Shown one piece after another: positions 10,141-18,998 of a stretch of 64,000 nt of DNA. The notes beneath the pieces were generated by a model. It saw nothing but the letters and a program-made list of their open reading frames with translations, was not told where the DNA came from and searched no databases. A program made the position numbers and the translations under genes. Source of the DNA: an uncultured Actinomycetota bacterium (GTDB lineage: Bacteria > Actinomycetota > Actinomycetes > JAHEKZ01); contig CAWHIJ010000003.1 in NCBI GenBank assembly GCA_963829525.1, forward strand, positions 2,217,969 through 2,281,968, in the 5' to 3' direction. Positions within the stretch are counted from its first letter, which is position 1, and every line of letters begins with the position of its first letter.

Positions 10141-10626
10141 ATGGTCAGCCGCGACCGCGTCTCTGAACGCAGCAATGGTGCCGTCCTCGACGATGTGTCG
10201 AAGGCGATCATCGAGCAGCTGCAGGAGGACGGACGCCGACCCTACTCGGCGATCGGCAAGGCCGTCGGGCTCTCGGAGGCAGCGGTTCGCCAGCGCGTAC
10301 AGCGACTCCAGGAGACCGGCGTCATGCAGATCGTGGCTGTCACCGATCCGCTCTCTGTGGGATTTCCGAGAGCGGCCATGATCGGGGTGAGGGTGGAAGG
10401 CGACATGGAACACGTCGCCGACGCGCTCGCGGCCATGTCCGAAGTCGACTACGTCGTCATCACCGCAGGTTCCTACGACATTCTCGTCGAGGTAGTTTGC
10501 GAGGACGATGACCACTTGCTCGACGTGATCAACCGTCAGATCCGGGCGATCCCCGGCGTCAGGCACACCGAGAGCTTCGTCTACCTCAAGCTCCGTAAAC
10601 AGATCTACTCCTGGGGAACCCGATGA
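10141..10626 (+). CDS. Lrp/AsnC family transcriptional regulator
   Basis: HTH (LDDVSKAIIEQLQEDGRRPYSAIGKAVGLSEAAVRQRVQRL) followed by a RAM domain. ATG 10141 chosen over TTG 10111. The stop overlaps the next start (ATGA). Confidence 0.85.
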   Translation: MVSRDRVSERSNGAVLDDVSKAIIEQLQEDGRRPYSAIGKAVGLSEAAVRQRVQRLQETGVMQIVAVTDPLSVGFPRAAMIGVRVEGDMEHVADALAAMSEVDYVVITAGSYDILVEVVCEDDDHLLDVINRQIRAIPGVRHTESFVYLKLRKQIYSWGTR

Positions 10627-12020
10627 GCACATCACCGCAATACGTCAATGAGCCAGGCGACGACCGCCTCGCCGAAAGCGCCCGCGATCACCTGTGGATG
10701 CACTTCACTCGTCACTCCACATTCGACGAAGGTGGCCACGTCCCTGTCATCACCCGTGGCGACGGCGCCTACGTCTGGGACGACCAGGGCAACAAGTACC
10801 TGGACGGCCTCGCGGGCCTATTCGTCGTTCAGGTCGGCCACGGTCGCACCGAGCTGGCCGAGGTCATGGCCAAGCAGGCGTCTGAACTCGCATTCTTTCC
10901 GCTGTGGTCCTATGCCCATCCGCCGGCGATCGAACTCGCGGACCGGCTCGCAGAGCTTGCACCTGGCGACCTCAACCGCGTCTTCTTCACCTCAGGTGGT
11001 GGTGAGGCCGTCGAGAGCGCGTGGAAGTTGGCCAAGCAGTACTTCAAGATGACCGGCAAGCCAATGAAGCACAAGGTGATCAGCCGGTCGATCGCCTACC
11101 ACGGTACGCCCCACGGGGCGCTCTCCATCACCGGAATCCCGGATGCCAAGAAGTATTTCGAGCCCCTCGTTCCGACCGGGATCAAGGTGCCAAACACCAA
11201 CTTCTATAGGGCGCCTGAGCACGGTGACGACATCAACGCATTCGGGCAGTGGGCCGCCAACCGGATCGCCGAGGCGATCGAGTTCGAAGGTCCAGAGACC
11301 GTCGCTGCTGTCTTCCTCGAGCCGGTGCAGAACTCCGGTGGGTGTTTCCCGCCGCCACCTGGATATCTCGAGCGCGTCCGCGAAATCTGCGACGAGTACG
11401 ACGTGCTCTTCGTCTCCGACGAAACCATTTGCGCGTACGGTCGCATCGGCGACTACTTCGCGACCAAGCGATACGGCGTGACCCCCGATATCATCACATC
11501 GGCCAAGGGACTCACCTCCGGCTACGCACCCCTGGGCGCGATGATCGTCAGCGACCGGCTCTTCGAGCCCTTCCGTCATGGCCAGGAGTACTTCGCCCAT
11601 GGCTACACGTGGGGCGGTCACCCGGTCGCGGCCGCTGTTGCCCTCGCCAACCTCGACATCTTCGAGCGTGAAGGCATCAACGAGCACGTACGGGCCAACG
11701 AGGGAGCCTTCCGTTCGACACTGGAGAAGCTCACCGACCTGCCGATCGTCGGCGACGTACGCGGTGACGGTTACTTCTACGGCATCGAGCTGGTCAAGGA
11801 CAAGAAGACGAAGGAGACCTTCGACGACGACGAAGCTGAGAGACTGCTCCGCGGCTTCTTGTCGAAGGCGCTCTTCGACGCCGGGCTCTACTGCCGTGCT
11901 GACGACCGTGGCGATCCCGTCATCCAGCTGGCGCCGCCGTTGATCGTCGGCCAGAAGGAGTTCGACCAGATCGAGTCGACGCTCCGCTCGGTCCTGACCG
12001 AAGCCTGGGCGATGCTGTAG
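10623..12020 (+). CDS. Class-III PLP aminotransferase (omega-amino acid / diamine aminotransferase-like)
   Basis: 465-aa ORF with class-III hallmarks (FTSGGGEAVESAWK, LFVSDETICAYGRIG, ITSAKGLTSGY). Confidence 0.85.
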   Translation: MSTSPQYVNEPGDDRLAESARDHLWMHFTRHSTFDEGGHVPVITRGDGAYVWDDQGNKYLDGLAGLFVVQVGHGRTELAEVMAKQASELAFFPLWSYAHPPAIELADRLAELAPGDLNRVFFTSGGGEAVESAWKLAKQYFKMTGKPMKHKVISRSIAYHGTPHGALSITGIPDAKKYFEPLVPTGIKVPNTNFYRAPEHGDDINAFGQWAANRIAEAIEFEGPETVAAVFLEPVQNSGGCFPPPPGYLERVREICDEYDVLFVSDETICAYGRIGDYFATKRYGVTPDIITSAKGLTSGYAPLGAMIVSDRLFEPFRHGQEYFAHGYTWGGHPVAAAVALANLDIFEREGINEHVRANEGAFRSTLEKLTDLPIVGDVRGDGYFYGIELVKDKKTKETFDDDEAERLLRGFLSKALFDAGLYCRADDRGDPVIQLAPPLIVGQKEFDQIESTLRSVLTEAWAML

Positions 12021-12035
12021 GACGCACTGCCCGAT

Positions 12036-12075
12036 GAGAAGGGGTCCGCGGCCTGCTGGCGGCGGACCCCTTCTC
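12036..12075 (+). terminator. Perfect 14-bp stem hairpin after the aminotransferase gene
   Basis: gagaaggggtccgc (12036-12049) pairs with gcggaccccttctc (12062-12075). The loop is 12 nt. Confidence 0.6.
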
Positions 12076-12131
12076 CTACCCCCACCGCGTCACACCCCCA
12101 CCGGCCAGTTCTGACTCACATCGAGGACATC

Positions 12132-12803
12132 ATGACCGAAACCGCCCTTCCGGCCCCTGGCTCCACCGATCGCACCACTGTTCGGCGCATCCCCGAGAAG
12201 ACCGTCAACGACCGGGCCACCGGCTACGCGATCTTGGACGCCGGCTTCGTCGCTCACGTCTCCGTCGTCGATGACGGCGGACAGCCCTACGTCTTGCCTG
12301 TTGGATACGCGCGCGACACAGACCGTGTGCTCTTCCACGGCTCCACGGGGAGCCGTCTCTTCCGGGGTCTTGCCGAAGGCCAACCCATGTGTCTGACCGT
12401 CACCCTGCTCGATGGAATGGTCCTGGCACGATCGACCTTCGAGTCGTCGATGAACTACCGCGGCGTGATGGTTCTTGGCGCTGCCACCGTGCTCGAAGGC
12501 GACGACAAGGACCACGCACTCGAGGTCATCACCGAGCACCTGCTTCCGGGACGCTGGAGTGAGGCGCGCCACCCCAACAAGAAGGAGCTCGCCGCAACGC
12601 TCGTCTTGGCTCTCGATCTCACGGAGATGTCGGTCAAGGTCTCCGAAGGTCCGCCCGAAGACGAGGAGGACGACATCACACGCCCCATCTGGGCGGGGGT
12701 GGTTCCGATCGTTGAGGCGTTCGGCGAGCCCGAGTCAGCGCCTGATCTCGTTGAGCCGTACCGCGTCCCCGACTACGTCCAGTCCTGGAGTCGGGCACGA
12801 TGA
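12132..12803 (+). CDS. Pyridoxamine 5'-phosphate oxidase family (FMN-binding split-barrel) protein
   Basis: 223-aa ORF with the PNPOx-like pattern (GFVAHVSVVDDGGQPYVLPVGYARD ... SMNYRGVMVLG). Confidence 0.7.
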   Translation: MTETALPAPGSTDRTTVRRIPEKTVNDRATGYAILDAGFVAHVSVVDDGGQPYVLPVGYARDTDRVLFHGSTGSRLFRGLAEGQPMCLTVTLLDGMVLARSTFESSMNYRGVMVLGAATVLEGDDKDHALEVITEHLLPGRWSEARHPNKKELAATLVLALDLTEMSVKVSEGPPEDEEDDITRPIWAGVVPIVEAFGEPESAPDLVEPYRVPDYVQSWSRAR

Positions 12804-12921
12804 AGGGAGGCGGCCACCCCTGGCTCTCGCCGGTTGCACCAGTCGACGCCGAATCCGGCTGGACAGATCCTGGTGCGACGCTCGCGTGGGCCGTCCCCCT
12901 CGGTCAGCCCGCGTCGACCAG

Positions 12922-13899
12922 CTAGCTGCCTGCTTGCCAGAGGTCGGCAGCCACCAGCTCGGCCACCGTCAGCTCGGCCAGGAGCCGGACGTCCTCGTCG
13001 TCGTCGTGCCGGTAGCGCACGACGTGGTCAGCGCCGTCGACCGGAGCTCCAGCCGCTACGACGGTCGACCCCCGCTCGCGGGTCCATCTCAGCAGCTCGT
13101 CCTCGTACCGGCTGCCCGGAAGCAGCAGCATCCGATAGTCCTGCGTCTTGGTCAGGTAGACGTCGACATGGCTCCACTCCCCTGTCTCCGAAGACAGTGC
13201 CGGGCGTCGCGGCCCCTCGCGGAGCATGAGCGCCGACTGTTGGGCGTTTCCGAGCCTGCGGAACGGCGCGACGACAGCGGTCACGTCGGGGCCGGCCAAT
13301 CGCTCGACGGTTTCCGGCAACCAGCCGACCCGACGGTCGAGGAGATCCTGCGTTGCTTCAACAGTCCGGCCGAGAATCGCCAGCAGATCGCGCTCGACAC
13401 CGGTGAACTTGGCCTCCAACGCCAGGAGCAGCACCTGAGTGTTGGTGTAGGAGCGGCACGACACTCCACCGCGCTCCGGACCTGCGTGCATGAGGACTGT
13501 GCTGTCTGCGACTTCGGTGAGCGGAGACCCCTCTTCATTGGTGATGACGAATACCGGCGACTGCCCGGCATATTGGCTCACCGCGTCCAGTGTTTCGCGC
13601 GACCGCCCCGAAGCAGAAATGGCAATCACGAGCTGTTCGGTGTCCGGTGGCGGCAGGAGCTCAGAAGATGCGAGCTCGGCCACCGCGTCGACCCCGTGGG
13701 CTCTGAGCCTGGCTGCGGCAACCCCGGCGGCAAACGTCGACGATCCCATGCCCAGCAGAAGGACCTGCCCGATGTCGTCTGGGACCTCCGACCACGGGTC
13801 GTCGGTGACCAGGACGCGTTGCAGGTCGCGTAATACCGCGGGTCGTGTCTCAACATCGGCGGCAAAGAGTTGCGGATCCACGGTTCTCCTGAGCGTCAC
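12922..13899 (-). CDS. SIS-domain sugar-phosphate isomerase/aminotransferase-like protein
   Basis: Two SIS-like halves (LLLGMGSSTFAA ... AISASGRSRET). GTG start overlaps the kinase stop (GTGA). Confidence 0.75.
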   Translation of the reverse strand: MTLRRTVDPQLFAADVETRPAVLRDLQRVLVTDDPWSEVPDDIGQVLLLGMGSSTFAAGVAAARLRAHGVDAVAELASSELLPPPDTEQLVIAISASGRSRETLDAVSQYAGQSPVFVITNEEGSPLTEVADSTVLMHAGPERGGVSCRSYTNTQVLLLALEAKFTGVERDLLAILGRTVEATQDLLDRRVGWLPETVERLAGPDVTAVVAPFRRLGNAQQSALMLREGPRRPALSSETGEWSHVDVYLTKTQDYRMLLLPGSRYEDELLRWTRERGSTVVAAGAPVDGADHVVRYRHDDDEDVRLLAELTVAELVAADLWQAGS

Positions 13900-15240
13900 G
13901 CTTGGGGAAACAGCGCCTGCAGCGCCTGGTCAGGCACGTAGCGCCACCGCGGCAGGTGCCGCACAGCGTAGAGGAACTCCCTGCACTCCTGCTCGACCTG
14001 GAAGGGGCGCAAGAGCCTCTCGTCCAGTAGCTGGGGACGACCCCTCTCGGAGAGACGCTTTCGGTAGGCGCCGAGGAACCGAGCCTGCGCCTCGGAAATC
14101 CAGACGCTCACCAGGCGGGCGTCTGCCCCTTTCACCCGGTGCAGGACGACGCGTCCCACGTGGTCGATCGACTGCAGCATGCCCGCCACATCGCGGGCCG
14201 CCGGCTGCGGAAGAAGCCGCAGTGCCACGGGGAGCACCGGGTTGCCGTCGAAGTCGCCAACCGCATAGCCGCCGTCCCACCGCAGGACTTGGCCGATGTG
14301 CAGGTCGCCGTGCACAGGGATGGTCATCGTGTCGGTGACCTCGCCGAACGCGTCGAAGACGTCCTCCATCTGCCCTTTGAGCTCCACCAGACGCGCGCCC
14401 TCGTCACCGTCGACAGACCCCACCGCCTCATCGAGCAGGGAGCGGGCCAGCTGGCGCCACTCGTCGACATCGGTGACCCCTGCCGGCTGCATCGGGTTGG
14501 GCATCACCTCCGTCGGTGTCGCCATTGCTGCGTGCATGTCCGCGACAACGGTGCCGACGACTTCGAGCGCAACGATCGAGTCATCGAGATCGCCGCCCCT
14601 CGCTGCAAAGTCACCGGCGTCGAGCACTGCCCAGGTCCAGCCGTCACTCGCCCCGGGAAGGAATTGCCCGACCGAAGCGATGAGCACGTCCCGCCGGCCG
14701 TCGGCCCACGTCACAAACCCCCAAGGCCGCGGCATCTCAGTGAAGCCAGCCATCGTCAGGTGAGCGATCAACGCCGGCGCCGGCGTCGGCTCAGCGTGCA
14801 CGGCCCACTTGACCACTGCCGCTTCTCCGACGACGACCGACTCATGAGTCTGGTCGACATCCATCGCTCGCTCGTCGGTCCCGGGTCGCACCGCTTCACC
14901 CACACCGCGGAACGAGTGAGGTGATCGAGAACCCGACATCTCCCAGCCGTCCGCCAACGGCCAGCAGATGCGCCAGCGTCGCCGCAGCTCCGTCGCCGGG
15001 AGTCGCCCGAACCAAGGACCCGTCGGCTACTCGGAAGGGGGCCGCCAGCAGTTGGTCGGCACCGTGGCTGAAGGCGCCGACCCAATGATCCTCGGACAGT
15101 CGAGTGGCCCCAACCAGCAAGAGGGCATCCGGCATCGGCAGGCCTTCAGCGCGACGAAGCTCTGGCAGCAGCTGGCTCGGGTCGGTCGCGGCAGCGAGGG
15201 CGGCGAGCTTCTCAAAGCTCGACAGGTCAGGTTCGGTCAC
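13896..15240 (-). pseudogene. Maltokinase-like phosphotransferase of the actinobacterial glucosamine-kinase type, split by a frameshift near 14900-14950
   Basis: Track ORF 14896..15240 (114 aa, N-terminal cap-like domain) and ORF 13896..14957 (353 aa, kinase core with HGDLHIGQVL and DFDGNP) are in different frames and overlap by 62 nt. Total span is 1345 nt, which is 3n+1. Confidence 0.65.
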
Positions 15241-16543
15241 GATGCTGCTGCGCCACCTGCTCGATCACGTCGGCCGCGCGCTCCTTGCCTCGACGCCCTC
15301 GGATCGCAGCACCCATGGCGTCCATGCGGGATCGCAGCCCGGTGTCGGCAAGGAGCTCGTCGACGGCTCCAGCCAGTTCGTCCTCGGTGAAGGCGTAGGT
15401 ACGGAGTCGGCGTCCGAAGCCCAGCTCGTCCATCCGCTGCGCGTTGTCGTACTGGTCCCAGAACAACGGAAGAAGGACCATGGGCTTGCCGAAGTGCAGT
15501 GCCTCCGTCGTCGTGTTGTTCCCCCCATGGGTGATGACCAGGTCGACCAGGGGCATCAGCGAAGTCTGCGGCAAGAACTCCGCACCCCACATGTTGTCGG
15601 CCAGCTCGTACTCGGTGTGCTGAGGTCCCTTACTCACGATGAACCGGTGTCGGGTCGTCCCGAGAACATCGATCAGACGCTTCATCAGGTCGACGTCAGC
15701 GCTGCCCAGAGATCCGAGGGAGAGGTAGATGAGCCCTGACCCGCTCGGTCGGTCGGCCAGCTGCTCCGGCACCTCGAACGGCTCGTCGGTCGAGCGAACA
15801 CTGGAGTCAAGCCGATGCCACGTCGCGTCGAGCGGACGTCGATCGACATAGTCGGCCTCTTCGGGGAACACGTAGAGGTTGGCGTGCTCGGAGACAGGCA
15901 TGAAGTCGAGGTCGGGCAGCGGATCTGCACCGCACGAGACGACGAAGGCGTTGAAGTCAGTCCACATGTCTCGGTGGGTGCGCTCATACTCCGCACGAAA
16001 GGCAGGCCAGTCGCTGTCGTCCTTGGCCGGAAGGCCGGAGAAGGTCGGTGCGATGCCAGGGCCCTTCACCTCCAGTGGGTTGCAGCTGACGATGCGCACG
16101 AAGGGAGCATCGGCCGTTGTCAGTGCCGGGAAGATCACAACATTGTCTTCGACGATGACGTCGGGCTGCTGCCTGGCGACGATCTCACGCAGGTGTGGTT
16201 CGCAGTACTTCGCTCCGTCGATCAGCGCCTGGTAGGTAGGCGCGATGAACGTCTCCAGCTGGTCGACGGTCGGCTTGCGGAACTCCGGCGAAGTCTCCCG
16301 GATGAACTCCTTCCAGAACGCGCCAGGGTCAGCGTCGTCGCCTCCTTCAGGAGCAGGGGCAAGGTCGACGAGGTCTTCGACAAAGCCCAGCGGTTCGAGC
16401 TTTCCCTTCCAGCTCGCTTCGGCTGCGAACACCACTCGATGTCCGCGCTCGAGCAGCACGTTGCCGATGCCGATGCAGTTTCCCGTCGGTCCGTAGGCGG
16501 ACTCGGGCAGGAAGAGGACGGTCAGTTGGCGGTCGGTCATCAC
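15227..16543 (-). CDS. GT1-family glycosyltransferase (MGT/UDP-glycosyltransferase type)
   Basis: 438-aa ORF with the C-terminal nucleotide-sugar motif (ITHGGNNTTTEALHFGKPMVLLPLFWDQ). Confidence 0.85.
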   Translation of the reverse strand: MMTDRQLTVLFLPESAYGPTGNCIGIGNVLLERGHRVVFAAEASWKGKLEPLGFVEDLVDLAPAPEGGDDADPGAFWKEFIRETSPEFRKPTVDQLETFIAPTYQALIDGAKYCEPHLREIVARQQPDVIVEDNVVIFPALTTADAPFVRIVSCNPLEVKGPGIAPTFSGLPAKDDSDWPAFRAEYERTHRDMWTDFNAFVVSCGADPLPDLDFMPVSEHANLYVFPEEADYVDRRPLDATWHRLDSSVRSTDEPFEVPEQLADRPSGSGLIYLSLGSLGSADVDLMKRLIDVLGTTRHRFIVSKGPQHTEYELADNMWGAEFLPQTSLMPLVDLVITHGGNNTTTEALHFGKPMVLLPLFWDQYDNAQRMDELGFGRRLRTYAFTEDELAGAVDELLADTGLRSRMDAMGAAIRGRRGKERAADVIEQVAQQHRDRT

Positions 16544-16708
16544 AGCTCCTCAGTGCGACGTGCGGGGTTCTGCGTGGGGCGGTCCTACACGAGTGCCCCG
16601 CGGCATCATGGCACCGGTGGCTTGTTACGACGCCCAGGACGCGCCAGCCCCAAGGGCCATGATGGAGTAGGTCTCTCACCTGCCACCTCCCCCAGAGAGG
16701 AACTACCC

Positions 16709-17062
16709 GTGCCCACACCGCTCCTGGTTGCCAACGCCTACGCCGAGCTTTCCGCCGACCTCGAGGACTGGGGCCTACGTGACGGAGCCGATGTGGGTGA
16801 GCCGCAGATGAGTGGCCGCATCTTCTACGAGGGAAATGGCGTCCAGATCGGGGTCTGGGAGTGCACCCCCGGCGGCTGGGCGATCCAGAGTCGTCCCGAC
16901 CACGAGACCGTCCAGATCCTTTCCGGCCGGGCTCGGCTCAGCGATGCCGACGGCGCATCGGTCGAACTTACGGCCGGCGATGTCGTCACGCTGCCCAAGG
17001 GCTGGTCTGGCCGCTGGGACATCCTGGAGACTGTGCGCAAGCTCTATTTCATCACCGGGTAG
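16709..17062 (+). CDS. Cupin domain protein (DUF861/EutQ-like)
   Basis: Only the last 117 codons of track ORF 15815..17062 are credible. GTG 16709 is preceded by AGAGAGG. Cupin strand pattern (GVWECTPGGW ... GDVVTLPKGWSGRWDI). Confidence 0.7.
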   Translation: MPTPLLVANAYAELSADLEDWGLRDGADVGEPQMSGRIFYEGNGVQIGVWECTPGGWAIQSRPDHETVQILSGRARLSDADGASVELTAGDVVTLPKGWSGRWDILETVRKLYFITG

Positions 17063-17128
17063 TTCGCGCGCCTTGGTCCTCCGGTGGTATATTGGATCCA
17101 ATCTTCCCGTCCACTGCTGGGAGCCCCC

Positions 17129-18295
17129 ATGCCGGTCCGTCCGCTCGACCTGATCGCCACCGACACCCTCCTCGATGACGAAGAGCGGGCCATCCGCGAC
17201 ACCGTTCGCCAGTTTGGTGACGACCGGCTCCGTCCGCACGTCTCAGGGTGGTTCGAGGCCGGCACGATCCCCGCCCGCGAGATTGCCCGCGAGCTCGGGG
17301 GGCTCGGCGTCCTGGGCATGCACCTGGAGGGGTACGGCTGCGCCGGCACCAGCGCCGTTGCCTACGGCCTGGCCTGCATGGAGCTAGAGGCGGTGGACTC
17401 CGGAATCCGCTCGCTCGTGAGCGTCCAGGGGTCGCTGGCGATGTTCGCGATCTGGAAGTGGGGAACGGAGGAGCAGAAGCAGCAGTGGCTGCCGGGCATG
17501 GCGGCCGGAGAGAAGATCGGCTGCTTCGGTCTCACCGAGCCCGACTTCGGGTCGAACCCCTCCGGCATGCGCACCTCGGCCAAGCGGGACGGCACCGACT
17601 GGGTGCTCAACGGCACCAAGATGTGGATCACCAACGGAGCGGTCGCTGACGTCGCCGTCGTCTGGGCACAGACCGAAGACGGCATCCGCGGCTTCGTCGT
17701 CCCGACCGATTCTCCAGGGTTCAGTGCACCCGTGATCAAGAGCAAGCTCAGCCTGCGCGCGTCCATCACCAGCGAGCTCGTCCTCGAGAACGTTCGACTT
17801 CCCGAGTCGGCGGTCTTCCCTGACGTCACCGGGCTCAAAGGTCCACTCTCGTGCCTTTCGGAGGCTCGTTTCGGGATCGTCTTCGGCGTCGTGGGGGCAG
17901 CCCGTGACTGCCTGGAGACGGCGATCGACTACGCGGTCAACCGTGAGCAGTTCGACAAGCCGATCGCCGGGTTCCAGCTCACCCAGAAGAAGCTCGCCGA
18001 CATGACTGTCGAGCTCGACAAGGCATTCCTGCTTGCGCTGCACCTTGGCCGACTCAAAGACTCCGGGGTGATCCGGCCCGAGATGGTCTCGGTGGGCAAG
18101 CTCAACAACGTGCGCGAGGCGATGGCCATCGCCCGTGAGTCACGCACCATCCTGGGCGCGAACGGCATCACCTTGGAGTACCCCGTGCTGCGCCACGCCA
18201 ACAATCTCGAGTCGGTGCTCACATATGAGGGGACCGAAGAGATCCACACACTGGTCATTGGCCAGGCCGTCACCGGCATCGCCGCCTACCGATAG
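17129..18295 (+). CDS. gcdH: Acyl-CoA dehydrogenase, glutaryl-CoA dehydrogenase-like
   Basis: 388 aa from ATG 17129 (GGGAG upstream). Motifs: CFGLTEPDFGSNPSGMRT, WITNG, YEGTEEIHTLVIGQAVTG. Confidence 0.75.
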   Translation: MPVRPLDLIATDTLLDDEERAIRDTVRQFGDDRLRPHVSGWFEAGTIPAREIARELGGLGVLGMHLEGYGCAGTSAVAYGLACMELEAVDSGIRSLVSVQGSLAMFAIWKWGTEEQKQQWLPGMAAGEKIGCFGLTEPDFGSNPSGMRTSAKRDGTDWVLNGTKMWITNGAVADVAVVWAQTEDGIRGFVVPTDSPGFSAPVIKSKLSLRASITSELVLENVRLPESAVFPDVTGLKGPLSCLSEARFGIVFGVVGAARDCLETAIDYAVNREQFDKPIAGFQLTQKKLADMTVELDKAFLLALHLGRLKDSGVIRPEMVSVGKLNNVREAMAIARESRTILGANGITLEYPVLRHANNLESVLTYEGTEEIHTLVIGQAVTGIAAYR

Positions 18296-18335
18296 GCAAC
18301 CACACCGCGCGACGACGCTCCGGGACTGGACCCGC

Positions 18336-18998
18336 CTAACGTGAGGGGAGCACCTGCTCCAAAGCCGAAACGGCCCGCTCACGGTGGGCACGCAGCAGTG
18401 TCTCTGCTCGATCTGCGTCGCGCATCTGGACGGCCTCAAGCACAGCACGGTGCTCGTCGTGGACCACGTCACGGTGGCTGTCCTCGGCGTAGTAGAGCGA
18501 CCGGTAGACGTCAGTGGCATCCCACAGCACCCGCACCAGGCGCGACAACCGCGGCATGTGGGCAGCCTCGATAAGCCCGAAGTGAAACCGGCGGTTCGCC
18601 TCCGTCATCGTTACGACATCAGCGGAGGCGGAGGCCGCTTCGACGTCCTCGAGCGCCGCAGCGAGGCCAGCGATCTCGTCATCGCTGATCTGGGCTAGCG
18701 CCACACGCACGGCCTCAGACTCCAGGAGATCCCGGATTCGGTACACCTCGCGCAGGTCGTCGATGTCAAGCTCGGCAACGAAGTAACCGCGGTGCGGCTG
18801 GTAGATCACCTGCCCTTCGCCCTCCAGGATCTTCAACGCCTCACGAAGGGGCACCCGGGACACCCCGAACCGCTCAGCCAGGGCGTCTTGCAGCACCTGC
18901 TCCCCCGGTCGCAGATCACCGGTAACGATTGCGCGGCGTAGTTCCGCGAGCACCGCCTCCTGGGCGGTTGGTGGTCGGCGGAACTGGTGACCGGTCAT
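18336..18998 (-). CDS. GntR family transcriptional regulator (FadR/FCD subfamily)
   Basis: N-terminal wHTH (LRPGEQVLQDALAERFGVSRVPLREALKILEGEG) and a helical FCD-type C-terminal domain. The start overlaps the upstream stop (ATGA). Confidence 0.85.
   Translation of the reverse strand: MTGHQFRRPPTAQEAVLAELRRAIVTGDLRPGEQVLQDALAERFGVSRVPLREALKILEGEGQVIYQPHRGYFVAELDIDDLREVYRIRDLLESEAVRVALAQISDDEIAGLAAALEDVEAASASADVVTMTEANRRFHFGLIEAAHMPRLSRLVRVLWDATDVYRSLYYAEDSHRDVVHDEHRAVLEAVQMRDADRAETLLRAHRERAVSALEQVLPSR

Noticed and set aside
15815-16708. The first ~300 codons of the 415-aa plus-strand ORF 15815..17062
   Set aside because: This part is antisense to the glycosyltransferase gene and has no protein-like features. 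Only the last 117 codons (the cupin, from GTG 16709 with an SD) are credible.
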